DNA of 55,953 bases, from positions 79,925,276-79,981,228 of the forward strand of contig NC_068985.1 of assembly GCF_001194135.2 (NCBI RefSeq), written 5' to 3'. The position numbers were made by a program, and so were the translations under genes. Source of the DNA: Octopus bimaculoides. Its lineage: Eukaryota. The notes below the pieces were generated by a model, which worked only from the letters and a program-made list of their open reading frames with translations, was not told the origin of the DNA and searched no databases. This document shows positions 1 through 11,955 of this stretch, in pieces. Every line of letters begins with the position of its first letter. Position 1 is the stretch's first letter.

Positions 1-182
1 ATCTCCACCGTTTATATTTTCAAAACCTGTTAGAACAAATGGAATGCGTGCACACACACACACATCTTCGTTTACTATAAAAAGCATTAAATATATTATT
101 ATTTTAGTGTCTTTTGTGACAAAGGATACTAAATAATAATAATAATAAGGAGAATAAAGCTGAAGTGAAACAAAAGAGCATG

Positions 183-258
<76 letters not shown>
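183..258. repeat. Compound microsatellite (TG)n(TA)n(GA)n
   Basis: Directly visible dinucleotide runs; similar compound arrays recur at about 2430-2790, 14825-14915, 36065-36390, 40520-40770, 41475-41612 and 52865-52965. Confidence 0.95.
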
Positions 259-260
<2 letters not shown>

Positions 261-987
261 TTTAGTTGATAGCAACAGGTAAAAGAAACGAGTAAAGCAA
301 AATTATTTCTTGGAATTTGAAAAAATAAAAGATAAAGAAACAGTAGTATAATAATAATAATAATAATAATAATAATTACTACGTAAAGGGATTATACCTT
401 TGTTGATCACATTACAAAAATATTGTAAACATCGTTTATATCTTCGTTTCTGCATCTTTGACCAAGAGATCTTAAAAATCAGTGAGGAACTTGGGGATGG
501 GGAGAACATTCCTGCTATCAATAGTTTTGTGGGGTTTTTTTACTTTTCAAGTTAGAAACAATAAAGTTGGCAAAATAGCAAGGAAAGTGGTGTGCGGTTT
601 AACGAGAGAAATTTTAATTAGGACTGTCATTGCTCCTTGAAAATTTATGTAGAAGAAACAGGGAGCGCTCTTTCAGAATATTTGAGCGATTTATTCATAC
701 TTTATTATTGTTCAGACAGTCGTCCTACACTTCTTTTTCACGGAAAAAAACAAACCCCCAAGAATGTTTGATTTGGCAGAGAAGTAATTGTACGCAATAT
801 ACAAAAAGTTATGAACCATAACTTTTCTAGGTCTGTATATGTAAGAGAAGATACAGGTAGTTCAGCGAGGTTCAGTTGTGTTGTGAAAAAGTACTAATGT
901 ATTGTAATACATATTATTGTAATTACAATTAATAGTGTTTTTTTTTGGTGATTTTTTTTTGTATATATATATATGTATAGTGAAAAC

Positions 988-1539
988 TTAGAAATAATCT
1001 TTTTTAAATCCTCCAGAGAAGCGTAATTCCTGTTCGACTTGGTTGATCATCTGAGTGTGTCTTGAAGAAATAACTACGGTCATTGTGATGTTTGCTATAG
1101 TCCTGACTACCCAGTACAACCAAATGAATACAACGTAGGCCAGTCGGAAGGTGTACATGCGATAGTAAGAGAACTCAAAAATGGAAATGCCAAATTCGAT
1201 GAAAGTATAACAACCAAAGATGACAACGAACGCTTTTGTCCAGTTGAGGGTGATGAGAAAATGTCGACGTGAGGTGAGGAAGATCATAAACAAACTGAGA
1301 AACATTACGGCAATGTGACATATCACCATTATGACATCACAAGACAGGAAACTTTCCCAGGAATGTGACCTCCAATTGGTATGAAAACCTTTGCTAATTT
1401 CGAAGTCGGTGCCAATAGCTCCGAGATCTAGAAGACGCAAAATTAGAGCGAAAAATATTGTTATCAAAGCATAGACGTAACCAGCGAATGTGGCCGTCTC
1501 TAAACTCCAACAGAAGAAACGATTAATGAAAAGCGCCAT
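988..1539 (-). CDS. Intronless 183-aa predicted four-pass membrane protein, family unassigned
   Basis: Uninterrupted ATG-to-stop ORF with non-repetitive composition in AT-rich flanks. Four hydrophobic segments (about aa 14-37, 65-88, 101-121, 133-157). N-terminal FFCWSLETA resembles the Cys/SL start of LAPTM/DUF4728-like tetraspans (inference). A possible 93-nt 5'UTR intron lies at 1718-1626 (AAG|GTGAGC ... CTCAG), unverified. Confidence 0.8.
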   Translation of the reverse strand: MALFINRFFCWSLETATFAGYVYALITIFFALILRLLDLGAIGTDFEISKGFHTNWRSHSWESFLSCDVIMVICHIAVMFLSLFMIFLTSRRHFLITLNWTKAFVVIFGCYTFIEFGISIFEFSYYRMYTFRLAYVVFIWLYWVVRTIANITMTVVISSRHTQMINQVEQELRFSGGFKKDYF

Positions 1540-1872
1540 TTTGAATAGTTGTTACTTCGTTGTGATTGCTTTGAACGATTATTTAGGACACGTGAGATAA
1601 AAAGTTGTACACAGGTAATTACTTTCTGAGATATGAAACAATAATTATTTTATAGCGTCCTTCTTTCTTTTCCTCTAATAAAATTTGTAACACGGTGATA
1701 GGAGATATATTTGCTCACCTTTTTAAATGTGTATGCCTGTCTTAATAAACAGGTACGTTATTGACTGACACACCTGTAATTAAGAAAGTTGGTCAAACTT
1801 TCGACGACTAAAGAGCGTGAAACACAAGGGAGATCAGTGGCCTAAACTGTAAACTACTTATCTCCTCTAGGC

Positions 1873-2120
1873 CAGGGGTTTTCAAACTGGTCCGCGGACC
1901 ACAGGAGGTCCGTGGACAGCAAATACTTTTTATGGACAATTTGATTTTATATATGTTTTTTTAATTGAAATCTTTTAATTGACAAACCTATTTGTTAAAT
2001 ACTGTTAAATAAATAGATGTAAAAATATGTTATTTTAAGCAAATATTTATGTATAAATTTCATAAGCGTTTATAAGGGGTCCCTAAGATAAAGCCTGAAA
2101 TATAAAGGGGTCCGCAAGTC
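1873..2120 (+). mobile_element. hAT (Charlie-like) MITE, truncated by gap
   Basis: Starts with CAGGGGTTTTCAAACT, a typical hAT terminus, preceded by CTCTAGGC (Charlie-type target); right end lost in gap 2121-2340. Confidence 0.6.
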
Positions 2121-2463
2121 NNNNNNNNNNNNNNNNNNNNNNNNNNNNNNNNNNNNNNNNNNNNNNNNNNNNNNNNNNNNNNNNNNNNNNNNNNNNNNNN
2201 NNNNNNNNNNNNNNNNNNNNNNNNNNNNNNNNNNNNNNNNNNNNNNNNNNNNNNNNNNNNNNNNNNNNNNNNNNNNNNNNNNNNNNNNNNNNNNNNNNNN
2301 NNNNNNNNNNNNNNNNNNNNNNNNNNNNNNNNNNNNNNNNTACTGTTAATCATTTCGCCCGGCGTGCTAACGTTTCTATCAGCTCAAATTTTACATTTAA
2401 TAGTTAGTATAGCTCTCACCTACGAAAGCACGCGCATAATACATTGTGTGTGTCTCCCCCCCC

Positions 2464-2500
<37 letters not shown>

Positions 2501-2849
2501 GACAACAAAAGAATGAATGAATCCGCATATGCACACATATACACACAACATACCTGTACACACACACACATGTATGCATATATATCTATATACATACTCA
2601 CACGCGTGTACATATATAAACACACATATATGCGTATATATGTCTACGTATACACCCATGCACGCATCACTACGCTCATATATACATCTCCAAACGCACA
2701 CACACATACTCGGATATACAAAACGTAGTCTATACGCACATGCATACGCGGATAGACGTAAATACAAATAAATACACATACGCAGAAAAAACATAAACCG
2801 TAAAACATTCACCATCGCCGCAAAACTTGAATATGCAAATGATTTATAT

Positions 2850-3072
2850 ATTTCTTTATTGCTAAACATAGAGCGGACAAACAAGGACAGACAAAGGGAT
2901 TAAATCGATTACATCGACTCCAGTGCGTAGCTGGTAGTTTATTTATCGACCCCGAAAGGATGAAATTCAAAGTCGACCTCGGCGAGAATTTGAACTCAGA
3001 ACGTAACGGCAGGCGAAATACCGCTAAGCATTTCACCCAGCGCGCTAACGTTTCTGCCAGCTCGCCGCCTTC
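2850..3072 (-). mobile_element. tRNA-derived SINE, family C (Nin/Deu-like central domain)
   Basis: Minus strand has an A-box-like head (GGCGAGCTGGCAGAAACGTTAG), a B box (GAGTTCAAATTC) and the CATCCTTTCGGGGTCGATAAA core; related copies at 33700-33903 and 48075-48505. Domain assignment is from memory of the consensus. Confidence 0.75.
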
Positions 3073-6000
3073 NNNNNNNNNNNNNNNNNNNNNNNNNNNN
3101 NNNNNNNNNNNNNNNNNNNNNNNNNNNNNNNNNNNNNNNNNNNNNNNNNNNNNNNNNNNNNNNNNNNNNNNNNNNNNNNNNNNNNNNNNNNNNNNNNNNN
3201 NNNNNNNNNNNNNNNNNNNNNNNNNNNNNNNNNNNNNNNNNNNNNNNNNNNNNNNNNNNNNNNNNNNNNNNNNNNNNNNNNNNNNNNNNNNNNNNNNNNN
3301 NNNNNNNNNNNNNNNNNNNNNNNNNNNNNNNNNNNNNNNNNNNNNNNNNNNNNNNNNNNNNNNNNNNNNNNNNNNNNNNNNNNNNNNNNNNNNNNNNNNN
3401 NNNNNNNNNNNNNNNNNNNNNNNNNNNNNNNNNNNNNNNNNNNNNNNNNNNNNNNNNNNNNNNNNNNNNNNNNNNNNNNNNNNNNNNNNNNNNNNNNNNN
3501 NNNNNNNNNNNNNNNNNNNNNNNNNNNNNNNNNNNNNNNNNNNNNNNNNNNNNNNNNNNNNNNNNNNNNNNNNNNNNNNNNNNNNNNNNNNNNNNNNNNN
3601 NNNNNNNNNNNNNNNNNNNNNNNNNNNNNNNNNNNNNNNNNNNNNNNNNNNNNNNNNNNNNNNNNNNNNNNNNNNNNNNNNNNNNNNNNNNNNNNNNNNN
3701 NNNNNNNNNNNNNNNNNNNNNNNNNNNNNNNNNNNNNNNNNNNNNNNNNNNNNNNNNNNNNNNNNNNNNNNNNNNNNNNNNNNNNNNNNNNNNNNNNNNN
3801 NNNNNNNNNNNNNNNNNNNNNNNNNNNNNNNNNNNNNNNNNNNNNNNNNNNNNNNNNNNNNNNNNNNNNNNNNNNNNNNNNNNNNNCCCTGTCTGACAAA
3901 CACATCTACACACACATATGAGGCGTAAATATTCAAATGAATATTTATATAAATATTTTTCTTATTATTATCAGCAGAAAATTTCAATAATTAACCCGAT
4001 GTATTTTCAGTGTAACTCGGTGGTTTACTGGAGGATTTAGCTCTTCTTTCTAGCAGGTAGGTGCCCTGTATTATAATTATAGTTAATTATAATTATAAAT
4101 TTACAGAGTAGCTAAATTATAGTAGACTTAGTAAGATATCCATCATTCTCTAAATTCATTCTGCCACAAATATAACATAAGGAGACAATGTAATTATTTT
4201 GGTTTCTAGTACTGATATAAATTTGCAAAAAATGGTTTATCTTTTATGTTGGAAATCTGTAGGGTCATCTACTTCTGGGGAGAGTGGTTTCTTTCAAATT
4301 GATGTAAAGTTTTCATTGATCGATTAAATGGAGCCGCTTGTAACGGCCGTAATACATTGATACCTGGATATCCTTGTTACTTATTTGCATTTTGTTCACC
4401 TAACTTCGAGCTGCGTGGACTATACCGAACTGGCTTGGTGCCTCAATTCAAGTACCTAATTCAACTGAATGTTAATTATATTTTAATATATNNNNNNNNN
4501 NATATATATATATATATGCATATATGTATACATATGTGTAAACATGTATATGTGCGTCTATATACATAAAATATATACATATATCTCTATATATGTGTGT
4601 GTGTGCGCGAGCGTGCTTACATCGGTCTACAATAACTTTATTGCCATGGTAGTAAAACGCAGCGTTAATTTAACTTGCAATAAATAACTTAATGAAAAGC
4701 TATCCAAAATTAGTGGAAGTATGACTCAGTACTTTGGTCATCCTTTAACTAATATTACGACTTTCACCCGATTAAGTAGGGATTTGATTGGATTGTCCAT
4801 ATTTATCTACTCTATTTGGTGAATACAACTTTCAACTATGAAAATGATGTAATTTTCTACAATCGTGATTGCAACTTTCTATCAAGGTTCTCTTATACTT
4901 GTTCCATTGGACTGAGGCTTAGACCACCCATTTCTGAGAATCGATTCAGAGTTTATTTTCCAGTTGTATGGTACCTTTCTTGTATGATATGAGTGTCCCT
5001 TATCTTGAAAAAGAGTGGTCTTCTTAAAGATTCTTACATTGGAATAGATTGGTAATACATCATTCTTTTTGGAGTTTTTCGCAGTATTTCGATGCATTTA
5101 CATTTCCAACAAAAATGAGCTCTGGTTTGTTTATCTCTCAAGCAGCCCTCCATGCTGTCACATCGACTTCTCTGTGTTTCAATCTTTTGTTTTATTTATT
5201 ATTTATTTTATTTTAATTATTTATTTATCTATTTATTTGTGCCACCCATACATGTGTTTCGAACTGAGAAATTGGCATAGTATTGAAGACCAAAACTGTC
5301 ATGCTTGTAGCAGAGCTAATTCTCTAGGCCCCCTTAAACTGTTTGGTCTTATTAGCCTTTGAAATCATAAGCTTCTTTCTTGCAAGACTGTCCATATCCA
5401 AAGTCTTTAAATACTGTTATTGAGCAATACATATATAACATATCCATAGAATTTGTAACCTCTCTAACAGTTGCACATCGATAATTAATAACATCATTTT
5501 TCACTGCCCCTTTTTTTTCCATTTCGGAAACTTTTTGCTTCCTTTAGATCTTTTCTCACTTGGAAATGTTCTTCTTCGGTTTATCTTTTGATTATGTTAG
5601 TCATTGTTTGGTGATTAATTTCTCAAGTAAGCTTTCCGCATTGATACCAGTGGATTTTTAAAAATGCATCGCTATTTGTTTTTCCCCCCAATTGTTTTCA
5701 TTGTTGTGTTGTATGAAATTAATATTACAATAACTACTATATGTACCGGCAAACAAAGAACGAAAAAAAGACAAAAAATATTTAATTAGATCAAGAAAAA
5801 AAGAGAAAAGAAAAATCAACGGATGACTAAAGGTGTTCATATATATACGTAGGTATATATATGAACAGATACACGTACGTGTACGTACGTACGTACACAC
5901 ACTCACACATACATACACGAATACATACATGACGTTTGAAAAACTCGTATTCGAGTATTGCCCTCGCCTGGTCGAAAGCCCTACGTATGCAATGTTCGTA

Positions 6001-6368
6001 CATGACTCTTCAGTCTAGCCAAAGATCTACGTTAATTTCAATGATTGTTTTTGAAGGCAACGGCCAGCCATTTTTGTGACAAGTCTTACTTTTCCAAGTG
6101 ATGCCTGTTCATTATAATTTTATATAGTAGGGAAAATATTTGCACAGATCCAATCCCACTCTCTGAACATGGACAATATAAACTCGAAAAGAAGAACTAT
6201 TCCACATCATCGAATATTGTCAGTGTGGCAGGTTTTCTCTCAGAGTTTCCCTTTCCTAGAGAAATGTTGTGACAACAACAGAAGGGCCTCCCACTCCCAG
6301 TGGGCCAACCGCGCGCATGGACACCAACCTAGGTATTTCCACGTCAGGTTGCCCTTGGGCGCTACTGG

Positions 6369-6409
<41 letters not shown>

Positions 6410-6574
6410 ATGTTGTTTTTTTATGTCCAGTTATATATAAAAAGAAATTTAGCATCAAACTGAAGGATTACTCAATACTTTTAGCAGCGTACATGTTTAC
6501 TGAAGGTGAGCAAATCGAAACTTCGAAGTCACTATCGACATCATTGTAAAAATTTAATACACTCACACAAACAT

Positions 6575-7312
6575 ATATGTCATTATTCAGTTTTATCTCA
6601 AGATTTCTTGTCAATAGAGAAAGAGCTGGTTTCTAACCTAGATCCAAGGCTCCTTCATTGGAATTTCAACATCAACAATAGGGTATTTTTGTATGTATAT
6701 GTGAAGATTTGTATGCTTTGTTTTATGTATGTATTCTCATGTATATAGTTGCATATCTAGACATGCTCATATATACTTCAATGATAAACTTCTGGAAAGT
6801 TTTACAGATTTTTACAGTTCCAGTGATTGATTGAATTTGTAGTCTTCGAATCAGCTTTTTTCTTTCTGGCTTTGAGAAGCCTAATTTCTCAAGATTGGTA
6901 TTTTGGCAGTGTGCTACATATCTCAGGGCCCCGATAATTACAGGTATAAATCAGAACTTGTAATCTGGATAGAGTAACTTCAGATTTCTCAATAGCTCAG
7001 CATAGGTGTTCTCTTTTTCACTGATCTTCAGCTTTATGTTAACAACCGCTGGGCAGCTAATTTCCACAACTGTACACAATTTCTCTTCTCTATCCCAAAT
7101 CATTATACCAGGTCTCTTATGCTTACATTTTATTGGGGTTTTCACTGAGACATTCCACCAGTACTGCTGGTTCTTATTTATTTGTCCTCGGGGGTTACCT
7201 TTCCGACATATTTCATTATATAATGTCCTATCTACAACATCATGTCTCATCGGTAGATAATACCGTGATGACATTTTCGGACAACTGCTTATGATGTGGG
7301 TGATATCTTCGG
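6575..7312 (-). mobile_element. 3' fragment of an REL-endonuclease non-LTR retrotransposon (R4/Dong-like)
   Basis: Translates to EDITHIISSC...RHDVV (zinc-knuckle remnant), KRPGIMIWD and KENTY (REL motifs), then IIGAL...LGFS, followed by a 3'UTR. Confidence 0.8.
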
Positions 7313-7700
7313 TATGCATGTATGTATGTATGTATGTATGTATGAATACACCCACACATGTAACNNNNNNNNNNNNNNNNNNNNNNNNNNNNNNNNNNNN
7401 NNNNNNNNNNNNNNNNNNNNNNNNNNNNNNNNNNNNNNNNNNNNNNNNNNNNNNNNNNNNNNNNNNNNNNNNNNNNNNNNNNNNNNNNNNNNNNNNNNNN
7501 NNNNNNNNNNNNNNNNNNNNNNNNNNNNNNNNNNNNNNNNNNNNNNNNNNNNNNNNNNNNNNNNNNNNNACCAAGTTAAAGTGATACATTTTGAGAAGAT
7601 ATGGATAATAATAAATGGAGCAAAACGCATGTCAGTAAATGTTCCTTTAATTCCTACACATGTTTCGAAATAAATGAGAGCACTTTCACAAAGAAAGAGC

Positions 7701-8081
7701 TGTTGGGGTTCCTCATATATTTCTCTTCAGGGAGTTCATAATAAAACATGTAATAGCAAGACAAAAACGAAATGATGAGGTAACTTACGAGCAGAGATGT
7801 TACATGGTCAGTGACCGTTAGAAGGTTTGTTTACATAGAGATATAAAGGGGTCAATGATATTATTCCATGGGCTTTAGGAATTAGAACGCTTGTTTACAT
7901 AGAGATATAAAGGGAGGGGGTTTATGACGTGATGCTAAAGGTTAAACTCAGAGTTATTTAAATAGGGGGAGATAAATATGTTGTGGTTCTGTTAAATTAG
8001 AGAGAGCTAATTGCTGATTCAAAAAAGGGGGAGGAAGGGAGGGAACTAAGGTAGTACATCATATGAGGAAACCTAATAACA
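7701..8081. mobile_element. Putative solo LTR
   Basis: TGTT...AACA termini, subterminal 10-bp inverted repeat TTCCTCATAT (7709-7718 / 8061-8070), internal direct repeat TTGTTTACATAGAGATATAAAGGG twice; no TSD found. Confidence 0.35.
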
Positions 8082-8380
8082 TATTTATATGTAGCGAAGA
8101 AAGTGAATAAAAAGGAAAGTAAATGAAACATCGTAGTCTAGTGAAGGCTTGCATATGTGTGTGCGTGCGCGTATATACATGTGTACAAACATGTGCGTGC
8201 ACGTTCATGTACTCACACATATATATATATACATATATATATATACTTATGTATACATACCCATACACACACATACACGCACTGTCATCTACCACGCTAA
8301 ACTCTTGTGCCAATAACCAGATCAAATAACAGATTCAAATAATACCGTTCGTTTCAATGGTCAGTTGAAATAACGGATTT

Positions 8381-8579
8381 CGGTCACAGGAGTGAAACAG
8401 AAATGTGGGCACTGTCATGCTATTAGCTGTCAGAAGTGAAAGTGCTCACTGCTAGTGAAGTATCTGTCTGCCTGTCTGCCTGCCTGTCGATTGCTGGCCT
8501 GTCGATTATTTGGCTACTGACAGCTAATAGCATGATAGTGCCGAAGTATTAGATGATTTCTGTTTCACTCCTGTGACCG
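8381..8579. repeat. About 200-bp bipartite inverted repeat (MITE-like or structured element)
   Basis: Perfect 24-bp arms 8381-8404 / 8556-8579; inner 26-bp arms 8408-8433 / 8517-8542 with one mismatch. Confidence 0.85.
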
Positions 8580-10119
8580 GACGTTGAGATTTAGTGATCG
8601 GGTTGTGTGAATTTTCCGAGCCCTCTCCCCACCCCACCCCCTTTGGCAGCGCGCATTTTTTCCTTCATATTTATTTCATATACGGTGCACTTTAACTACT
8701 ACACTATTTTTTTTTTCAATTTTTCCACGGATCTATATAATAACTTAGAAAAAGTTGAGAACTTTCCGGATAATTAATAAGAACTAATTTCTGCATTTTA
8801 AATATTTTATTTATTTATTCCTAAGCATTCAAAATAAAGATTTTTTTTTAACCAACGTAATATCAGCTAAAAATGCGTCCAACATTTGCGTAAGATTTTC
8901 TGGAATTGCGGCGAACAAGTGGTAGCAAATAATTTAACAAAAACTATTGTCAAAGAGAAAATTATTGGTTTAGTTGCTAAGAGTTATCCCCCTTTAATAT
9001 CCGGTGTCCTTTACTGATTAAAGTTCGGCATGGGAAGTTAAGACGGTAACATTGTCTTTTAGTTTTTTTATTATGACTGTTTTTGTTTTTACTACTTCTT
9101 AGTATTGGTATTAAATAGCACTGTCATGCTTATGTGATTTTTTTATTATTATTATTTAATGCTGTACGTGTATAAAATTCCCGCTGTTTTTATTCTCATT
9201 AAGAAACTATGACCTCGAATGTATATGTATATATATATATATATATATATTCAGTGAGCCTGAGCCCATGAGGGTCATTTTACACGATGGCTCGACCTAC
9301 AACATACTGCTGCCAAATCTTCTTCTGGAAAGACACATCGGTTAATGTAGTCACTACCTAAAACAAAACACGCAGTGGAGCAGCTTCGATAGCATGTCTG
9401 TTAGGGGCAAGGATAATCAGGGATTAAACAGCGTCAGTTCTTTTCCAACGAAGAACCTGCTCCGAAAGGAATCCTAAAAAAACATAGAATTTCCTTCTTG
9501 CTGAGCATTTATTCGGTTTCATGAACTTTATATCCCTTTCAATATAGTTCGCTGACTTACGCAAATGTAAAAGAATATTGCATAAAAACAGTCACTTTCT
9601 ATATAATACACCAAAAAAGTTTTCGTTGTAACTCGCGCAGGTTATCATGTATGTATAGAAAGACATGTTTTCCAAGGCTGGAACATCATTGATCATAGAT
9701 CTGCTCGCTCTGGGCTAAACCTCACCCCACTGTTAACATTGTTACTGTTATACAGAGAATAGCCAAGAAAAAGACATGGCAGGGAGGGAATTCCTGAAGG
9801 CCAACATTCTAAGAAAGAACTAGACACAATAACTAACATGGGACCTAATGTTGGACACATGAGTGAGAGGACTAGTGGGTCGGGAATACCTGAATGGAGT
9901 GGACATGAACCCAGCCAACTTTGAGACGTGAAGACTATTATAGTTGCAGAGAGTCAATTATATGCTTGAGGCTAAGGTTTACCAGTGAGTGACTTCATGC
10001 CAATCAGTTGAGTGTGGTCTAGGATGTTTGTCTGTGCAATAGTAGTAGTAGCAACTGCACTACTTCAAATGTGAGAGAAGTTTTAAGTTGTGGGCTCCAT
10101 CTGTGCTTTGTAGAGTATT

Positions 10120-10470
10120 CTTTTACTGGTTTCAGTCATTTGACTGTGGCCATGCTGGAGCACCACCTTGAAGGGCTTTAGTTGAACAAATTGACAGTAG
10201 GACTTTTTTTTAAGCCTTGTACTTATTCTATCAGTTTCTTTTTGCCAAACCACTAATGTTACAGGGACGTAAACATGCCAAAACTGGTTGTCAAGTGGTG
10301 ATGGTGGGGACAAATGCAGGTACAAAGACACCAGTTTCTGTTTACCAAATCTACTTACAAGTCTTGCCCGAGGCTATAGTAGAAGACACTTGCCCCAGGC
10401 TGCCAGGCAGTAGGACTGAACCTGAAACCATGTTGGGAAATAGGCTTCTTACACACAACCACTCCTGCAC
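10120..10470 (-). mobile_element. tRNA-derived SINE, family B
   Basis: Minus-strand head GAGTGGTTGTGTGTAAGAAG with B box GGTTCAGTCC, 3' end GCATGGCCACAGTCAAATGACTGAAAC; many related copies in the window. Confidence 0.8.
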
Positions 10471-10628
10471 CCATGTATCAATAATTGTTGGGGCTGACTT
10501 CAATGTGGCTGCCAAGAGTTTACTTCTCTGAAGTAATTACTGATTTGGCTGACAAATACACTACTCACCTTGGTCTGCCTAGCTCACAAGTGATTATTTG
10601 CTAATAAGATATCAAGCTACTGGTCTTC

Positions 10629-11625
10629 ATCATCATCATCATCATCGTTTAACGTCCGCTTTCCATGCCAGCATGGGTTGGACGATTTGACTGAGGACTG
10701 GTGAAACCGGATGGCAACACCAGGCTCCAATCTAATTTGGCAGAGTTTCTACAGCTGGATGCCCTTCCTAACGCCAACCACTCAGAGAGTGTAGTGGGTG
10801 CTTTTATGTGTCACCCGCATGAAAACGGCCACGCTCGAAATGGTGTCTTTTATGTGCCACCCGCACAAGAGCCAGTCCAGGGGCACTGGCAACGATCTCG
10901 CTCGAAAACCCTACAAAGGCCAGTCAGGCGGTACTGGCAACNNNNNNNNNNNNNNNNNNNNNNNNNNNNNNNNNNNNNNNNNNNNNNNNNNNNNNNNNNN
11001 NNNNNNNNNNNNNNNNNNNNNNNNNNNNNNNNNNNNNNNNNNNNNNNNNNNNNNNNNNNNNNNNNNNNNNNNNNNNNNNNNNNNNNNNNNNNNNNNNNNN
11101 NNNNNNNNNNNNNNNNNNNNNNNNNNNNNNNNNNNNNNNNNNNNNNNNNNNNNNNNNNNNNNNNNNNNNNNNNNNNNNNNNNNNNNNNNNNNNNNNNNNN
11201 NNNNNNNNNNNNNNNNNNNNNNNNNNNNNNNNNNNNNNNNNNNNNNNNNNNNNNNNNNNNNNNNNNNNNNNNNNNNNNNNNNNNNNNNNNNNNNNNNNNN
11301 NNNNNNNNNNNNNNNNNNNNNNNNNNNNNNNNNNNNNNNNNNNNNNNNNNNNNNNNNNACACATGCATCATACAGTCTGCCTTTTACTCTGAGTGAGAGT
11401 CCCTTTGTCGCCAGCAGAGGTAAGAGCTCTAAACTTTGCCCAGGCTATTCTTATTCTAGCAGCTACACTTTCAGCGCACCCACCCCCACTACTAACTTGG
11501 TCACCCAGATAGCGGAAGCTATCGCCTACCTCTAGTTTTTCTTCCTGGAATGAGTTAGAAGTTGTTTCCTGTTTGTTTACAGTGTTTATTGCATCTGAAC
11601 ATCTGCCACATACAAAAACTAACTT
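10629..11625 (-). mobile_element. 5'-truncated RTE-clade LINE (ORF fragment 11359-11625 plus 3'UTR 10629-10941, middle in gap)
   Basis: KLEVGDSFRYLGDQVSSGGGCAESVAARIRIAWAKFR is post-RT RTE sequence; the same-strand 3'UTR ends in a GTTAAACGATGATG tail. Joining the two parts across gap 10942-11358 is inference. Confidence 0.8.
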
Positions 11626-11955
11626 CGTAGTTAATCTGCCTTTGATAACATGATAAAGTCCATATAAGAAATAAAGATGAGTACTTTGTTCGGAAAGCAT
11701 ACCTAAGGATGTTTCCTATGTCATTACATATTATATATATTTCACTCATGCTATTGTACTTTTTCTTCACTACAGATCACCAGAGTCTATCAAACTTTGT
11801 TGCTGCTGCTTTTATTCCAGAGTTTCAGTAATTTCTACTTGAGTGGATCCTTGATGAGGTGATAACTGTTTGGATGACCACCCATTGTGCATAGATTTCT
11901 CACAGCACGCTTAAATCTTATAAGCATATGACAAAGTGGATACCTATTTTTAAAC

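Noticed and set aside
2397-2884. Many Tyr/Ile/His/Thr/Val/Cys-rich ORFs here and at 14772-14998, 35994-36530, 40301-40859, 41415-41639
   Set aside because: They are translations of (TA)n/(CA)n/(TG)n microsatellites.
2850-3072. tRNA-like A/B boxes in SINE heads as tRNA genes
   Set aside because: They lack complete cloverleaves and are fused to repeated SINE bodies.
2809-3987. Long ORFs spanning X runs (also 10701-11535, 29584-30303, 38885-39499, 48667-49246)
   Set aside because: They are open only because they cross N-gaps.
4880-5660. Coding-like minus-strand sequence with many stops
   Set aside because: It is probably a decayed TE; no diagnostic motif allows a call.
6230-6410. GC-rich segment next to (TACA)n containing TTCCACGTC, reminiscent of an HDV-like ribozyme loop
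   Set aside because: I could not build the P2/P3 pairings; it is probably the end of a repeat.
8873-9045. ATG at 8873 and donor ACG|GTAACA as a first coding exon of MTRF1L
   Set aside because: The ATG frame stops after 6 codons; at most this is a non-coding exon, and it cannot be confirmed from sequence.
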